A stretch of 64,000 nucleotides of DNA from the NCBI GenBank assembly GCA_004764695.1, contig SMSO01000032.1, positions 8,588,483 through 8,652,482 of the forward strand. Direction: 5' to 3'. The notes beneath the pieces are model-generated. The model did not search any database and was not told the DNA's origin. It saw only the letters and a program-made list of their open reading frames with translations. This stretch comes from Schizochytrium sp. TIO01. Taxonomy: Eukaryota; Protista; Bigyra: Labyrinthulomycetes. Every line of letters starts with the position of its first letter. Within the stretch, counting starts at the first letter, position 1. A program made the position numbers and the translations under genes. Of this stretch, positions 60,005-64,000 are shown in pieces.

Positions 60005-63000
60005 ATGAACAATCCTGAGGTTTATGTTGTTGAAAGAAGCGATGAGAATGATGAAGATGATGATGACGAGGAGGAGGAGGAAGTCGAACGACGTGTTCTC
60101 AAAAACTGGAAAGAGGTTAGACTAAATACAAGGCATGTGGAAGCGATATCAAGAGGCGAGTTTCTTTATGACCTGCCACTGGTTGAGCGGCTGACAGAGC
60201 TTGGTAGTAGGCTTTCCACGCTAGATCACTACGTGTCTCTCAATGCAAAAAATGAACGAGAAATTCGTGGGCCGAGAGCGGCCATGTTGATGAGTGACCT
60301 GCAAGATTATCTAGAGGTGCTTTCACAATTGCACGAACGAGCTAATGTTTTGCACTATGATCATGAGATGTTAAACAGGGTTGTTTTTGACCAATCCCTT
60401 ACGAAAAACCATGCTGCATGGGTTCTTAAAAAATTCAGGATTGCACTCTACAAACTCGCACGAATGATTGGGATCTTCCCAGAGCTATTTCGGCCAGATC
60501 GTGATAGCCAGAGGAGAAGAATTGACGCAGCAGATTTAGCAAAAGTGCCTACACCGTTTCTGAGTTTTGAAGAGCAGCTTGACCAGGTTTGCGGGAGGAC
60601 AGCTAGCCTCCTTTTTGCTGCCACGAACCAGAGCCTCCATTGGTGGTTTGTTTGTGGCGTGCTTTATAGCGTGTCAGAGAACATTGCTCTCTTTGCACTT
60701 GGGTTATGCTTTATCGTTTTATCTTTTGCAAGTCGCCTTGGGCTGTGCTTGAGTTTCTGGTATGACGTCGAGTGGACTATGCCATCCACCGTATATCGTT
60801 TCTGGGGTGGAACTCTTTGTGCACTAGTTGACCCCCGCTTGGGGATTAAGATAATTGCTAAAGGAGCAGTGTATCATGAACGTAGCCTTCAGGTTAGTGA
60901 TATACGTACATCGCAGATCCCTCTACAAAAGGACGTCGTTGCGGCGGGCGCAAGTGCAAGCTACCGAACAGTGTATAGCTTGTTTTACATGGGTCTTTTG
61001 CAGCTTCTCGAAGATGTTCCCATGCTTGGGATTCAAGGTATTTACTTACAAAGTTACGGAAAGGAATACGGCTACAGCCATGCCGTCGCGACCGCTCAGG
61101 GAATCACTGCAACATTTGTGATTGTTCAGCTATTCTATATGTGGAGTCATGTACGCCGTGTGCGCTCTCTTCGGTTGTTGTTGAACGCTAGGAATCTGGT
61201 TATTGAGCATGCTCTCCCTCCAGAAGACGATGGCCTCACAGAAGAGCAAATGGATACTGATGATGAGGATGAGGAGGCAGTAGCAATGGACCTAGCTAAT
61301 AAACGGACTGGAAAGCGGGCTGCAAAGCGTATGGCGCGGCTGCAAAAGCTAAAACGGAGAAGAGAAAAACGTAAGAAAAAAATGCATGATAGTTTATCAG
61401 CTTTTACTGTGAAGCAAGTCATGCGTCGTTATGCAGACCCCCCTGTTCGACCATATGTAGATTTTTCATTGTTGCCTTCGATCTGGTGGCAGCGGCTCGA
61501 TATTTATACCGTTCGTAAATTCTACAAAGTGCACGGAATGTCTCCTGCTGGTGTAGGCGCATCGGACGCTGTGCATTCCAGCCGATGTTTGCTCTTTAAC
61601 TTGTTAGAGCGTGAAGCACCATATAATGCGTTGCGGACACTTCAGGTCACGCACTCCAGCGAGGTCAATGCCAACATTATCCGTTCCATTATTACTACTT
61701 CGCCAACGCTTCAACACCTCAATGTGTCGTACTGCGAGCATGTCGATGATGAAGCTATGGCTGTTCTTCAGGAGACTGAAGCAACTCTTGTATCGATTTA
61801 TGTAGATGGTTGCATTCAGATTACAGATGAGGGTATTCGTGCTCTTTCCTTGGGCTGTAAATCTACCCTTGTGCGTCTTTCAATGAGAAATGTTTTGTAT
61901 GTGACAGATCTAGGAATTGCATGTCTTGCGATGCGTTGTTTCGAACTTCGAGAACTATACCTTGATCGCGACCCTTTCATTATTCAAGCGCTTCTGCAGA
62001 AGGAGGGCATTTTGCCAACGGCGAAGTGGGATACCGACTCTTACCTAGACGATCAATTTCATAGCTCTGGACGGCTTTTCGAGGTCATTAGCCAAAAGGT
62101 TCTCTCACGGCTGCACAAAGCTGTGGCCAAAAAAGATTCTCCGATTGGAAAAATTGGTGATCAAGGTCTTATAGCACTAGGCGTGAGTTGTCCAAAGCTA
62201 ACAACCCTCATGATAGACTATGCCACGGGTATGACTGCAGAGGGCCTTAGTAGATTCTGCTATTTAGTCACCCCGTTTCTACAACATCTCGGATTATCTG
62301 GGCATCAAGAGGTAACTGATGAAAGATTGCGAGAAATTGTTACACGTTTACCTCATTTGAAGACACTACGCCTTTCAAGAACGTCAATTACTGACCAGAG
62401 CGTGCCTCTTATCATCGGTTTGCGGCAAAGCTTGCGAGCCTTGTCGCTCGAAGGTACCTCTGTTTCTGTAGCGGGAATAGCAGATATACAAAAAAGCGTC
62501 CCGGCTTACGACTTTGCTCATGTTTCACTCAATTCTCGAGCAGAACATCTTATTCAGCGATACAAAAAGCTATGTGCATGTTTTTTACGAGTAGCAGAAG
62601 TGACACAGAACACAGAAATCCAAGAAGTAATAGAGTCCAAAATTTTACAAGAGATTGAAAGCTGCAATGAACAACTTAGCAAGATTGCAAAAGGGGACAT
62701 ATATGCATCGTGGTCGTCATTCATTCCATCTTCGTGGCCTGGCCATTCCAAGGGAAGAGAACACAATTTGGAAACTATTGTTGCTCAAGGTATTCGTCAT
62801 TTAGCATTTGCAGTAGATTTTATTCGTCGTATGCTTTGGCGACATGCCCCCTCTCCACTAGGTTACACGGCGAAGGAACAGTCTGCATGGCATACAACAT
62901 ATAGTTCTCAGGACCTTGAGGCCTTACAGGACGAATGTGCAGAATATCAGCGACTTATTGTCGATGGCAATGTAAGCAGTGTCGCAACGGAGGCTGGCCA

Positions 63001-63775
63001 AGATAATAATGCTGATGACAGTATGGTTGACACATTTCCCTTTGCAAGTCTACCCCCCATGGGCCTGGAACTTGTGTTAGGACCAAGCCTGAAATTTAAC
63101 TTAGCTCTTTGCACCTACACGTTTATGGTTCCTTTAGCACTGCGGGACATGGTCATCGATCAAGAGACGTCGACGCTCTGTGGGCGTATTTCTCCGAAGG
63201 GACCAATGTCAATGGAAATGCGAAAATTGTGTTCACGGGGAGAACTCGCTCGAGCTTCGCAGTTTGTGTATGTGCATCCCCTCCTGGACCGACGGCGAGC
63301 AGCATGGTTTCGAGAGAATAAAGTAATGCCAACTGGTCTTGTACGCTTAGTAACATGGGGTGGTTTCGCGTTTTTAGATCATGATGGTGATTTTGTAGGC
63401 GCAGCAGCGCATAGTTTAGGTGCGACCATAGGGTTCAACGGACCATTTCCTGTTGAGAAAAAGGTCCTCGGACACCTGCAGCTGGCGAAGCGCTTTCGAA
63501 AGTATAACGGGGATTTACGTTATGCGTTTCTCCATGGCAATGAGGGAGGGTCCCCACATAATACTTGTGGAGCCTTTGTCTTTAGAGCACGCCCTCTTTC
63601 TGAAAATCTTGAGAAGGCTTGCCCGGTAATGTACACAATAGCTCCTGAGTGGACGCCTGAACCTGAGCAGTGGGCATTAAATCATTCACATCTTTTTCAT
63701 AAACACAAGCTAGAAGGCGATACTTTGGCCATTTCAATCGAAGATAGTGGCGAACACCACGACTTGAAAACGTAA
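60005..63775 (+). CDS. Half-XK(R)-like multipass membrane + LRR protein, divergent paralog 3, 1256 aa
   Basis: Shares GEFLYD..RL..LDHY N-domain, LLEDVPMLGIQGIYL, LL.AR.LV, LRRs (LQHLNVSYCEHVDDEAM), DFIRR, GRISP.G, WGGFAF and FNGPF motifs with paralogs 1 and 2. Confidence 0.9.
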   Translation: MNNPEVYVVERSDENDEDDDDEEEEEVERRVLKNWKEVRLNTRHVEAISRGEFLYDLPLVERLTELGSRLSTLDHYVSLNAKNEREIRGPRAAMLMSDLQDYLEVLSQLHERANVLHYDHEMLNRVVFDQSLTKNHAAWVLKKFRIALYKLARMIGIFPELFRPDRDSQRRRIDAADLAKVPTPFLSFEEQLDQVCGRTASLLFAATNQSLHWWFVCGVLYSVSENIALFALGLCFIVLSFASRLGLCLSFWYDVEWTMPSTVYRFWGGTLCALVDPRLGIKIIAKGAVYHERSLQVSDIRTSQIPLQKDVVAAGASASYRTVYSLFYMGLLQLLEDVPMLGIQGIYLQSYGKEYGYSHAVATAQGITATFVIVQLFYMWSHVRRVRSLRLLLNARNLVIEHALPPEDDGLTEEQMDTDDEDEEAVAMDLANKRTGKRAAKRMARLQKLKRRREKRKKKMHDSLSAFTVKQVMRRYADPPVRPYVDFSLLPSIWWQRLDIYTVRKFYKVHGMSPAGVGASDAVHSSRCLLFNLLEREAPYNALRTLQVTHSSEVNANIIRSIITTSPTLQHLNVSYCEHVDDEAMAVLQETEATLVSIYVDGCIQITDEGIRALSLGCKSTLVRLSMRNVLYVTDLGIACLAMRCFELRELYLDRDPFIIQALLQKEGILPTAKWDTDSYLDDQFHSSGRLFEVISQKVLSRLHKAVAKKDSPIGKIGDQGLIALGVSCPKLTTLMIDYATGMTAEGLSRFCYLVTPFLQHLGLSGHQEVTDERLREIVTRLPHLKTLRLSRTSITDQSVPLIIGLRQSLRALSLEGTSVSVAGIADIQKSVPAYDFAHVSLNSRAEHLIQRYKKLCACFLRVAEVTQNTEIQEVIESKILQEIESCNEQLSKIAKGDIYASWSSFIPSSWPGHSKGREHNLETIVAQGIRHLAFAVDFIRRMLWRHAPSPLGYTAKEQSAWHTTYSSQDLEALQDECAEYQRLIVDGNVSSVATEAGQDNNADDSMVDTFPFASLPPMGLELVLGPSLKFNLALCTYTFMVPLALRDMVIDQETSTLCGRISPKGPMSMEMRKLCSRGELARASQFVYVHPLLDRRRAAWFRENKVMPTGLVRLVTWGGFAFLDHDGDFVGAAAHSLGATIGFNGPFPVEKKVLGHLQLAKRFRKYNGDLRYAFLHGNEGGSPHNTCGAFVFRARPLSENLEKACPVMYTIAPEWTPEPEQWALNHSHLFHKHKLEGDTLAISIEDSGEHHDLKT

Positions 63776-64000
63776 ATTATACATAAATTGAAGAATAGTG
63801 ATTATTTGAGACCTAAATCAGCAGTATTTCAATGTTTTGCCCGAAATGATAGCTCTATAGTTTGTTAAGACAATTTTCTATAGTACTTCCGCTCCTTTTA
63901 ATTCTTTGAAAGCTCGACTCATATCGTCCATAACCGTAGCTACCTAGGCATTTGAAAATGTGTTCAAAAAGTGGGGAAAAGCTAAGCTCAACATTTATCA

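Overview
Eukaryotic protist genomic DNA with long intronless genes and many microsatellites. The gene content and style suggest a labyrinthulomycete/thraustochytrid-like stramenopile, but that is inference only. Eight protein genes are supported: an orphan 7TM protein; a C1+C2+MCTP-type membrane protein; a calponin-homology protein with a C-terminal membrane anchor and short Pro-rich tail; a Sulfotransfer_2-type enzyme with two TM helices inserted in its catalytic domain; a myosin (6 IQ, 2 PH, 3 TPR); and three clustered ~1,250-1,340 aa paralogs. The paralogs share an architecture I do not recognise as a described family: helical N-domain, half-XK(R)-like membrane module, cysteine-containing LRRs, a second helical domain, and an internally duplicated C-terminal module. 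This cluster (45.9-63.8 kb) is the best candidate for an undescribed system. There are also two tRNA-Gln(UUG) genes with a U1-A72 pair. A ~20 kb gene-free island (20-40 kb) contains heavily decayed DIRS-type (tyrosine-recombinase) retrotransposon relics, including one near-complete RT-RNaseH-YR remnant. All domain calls come from motif recognition by eye; no database searches were run.
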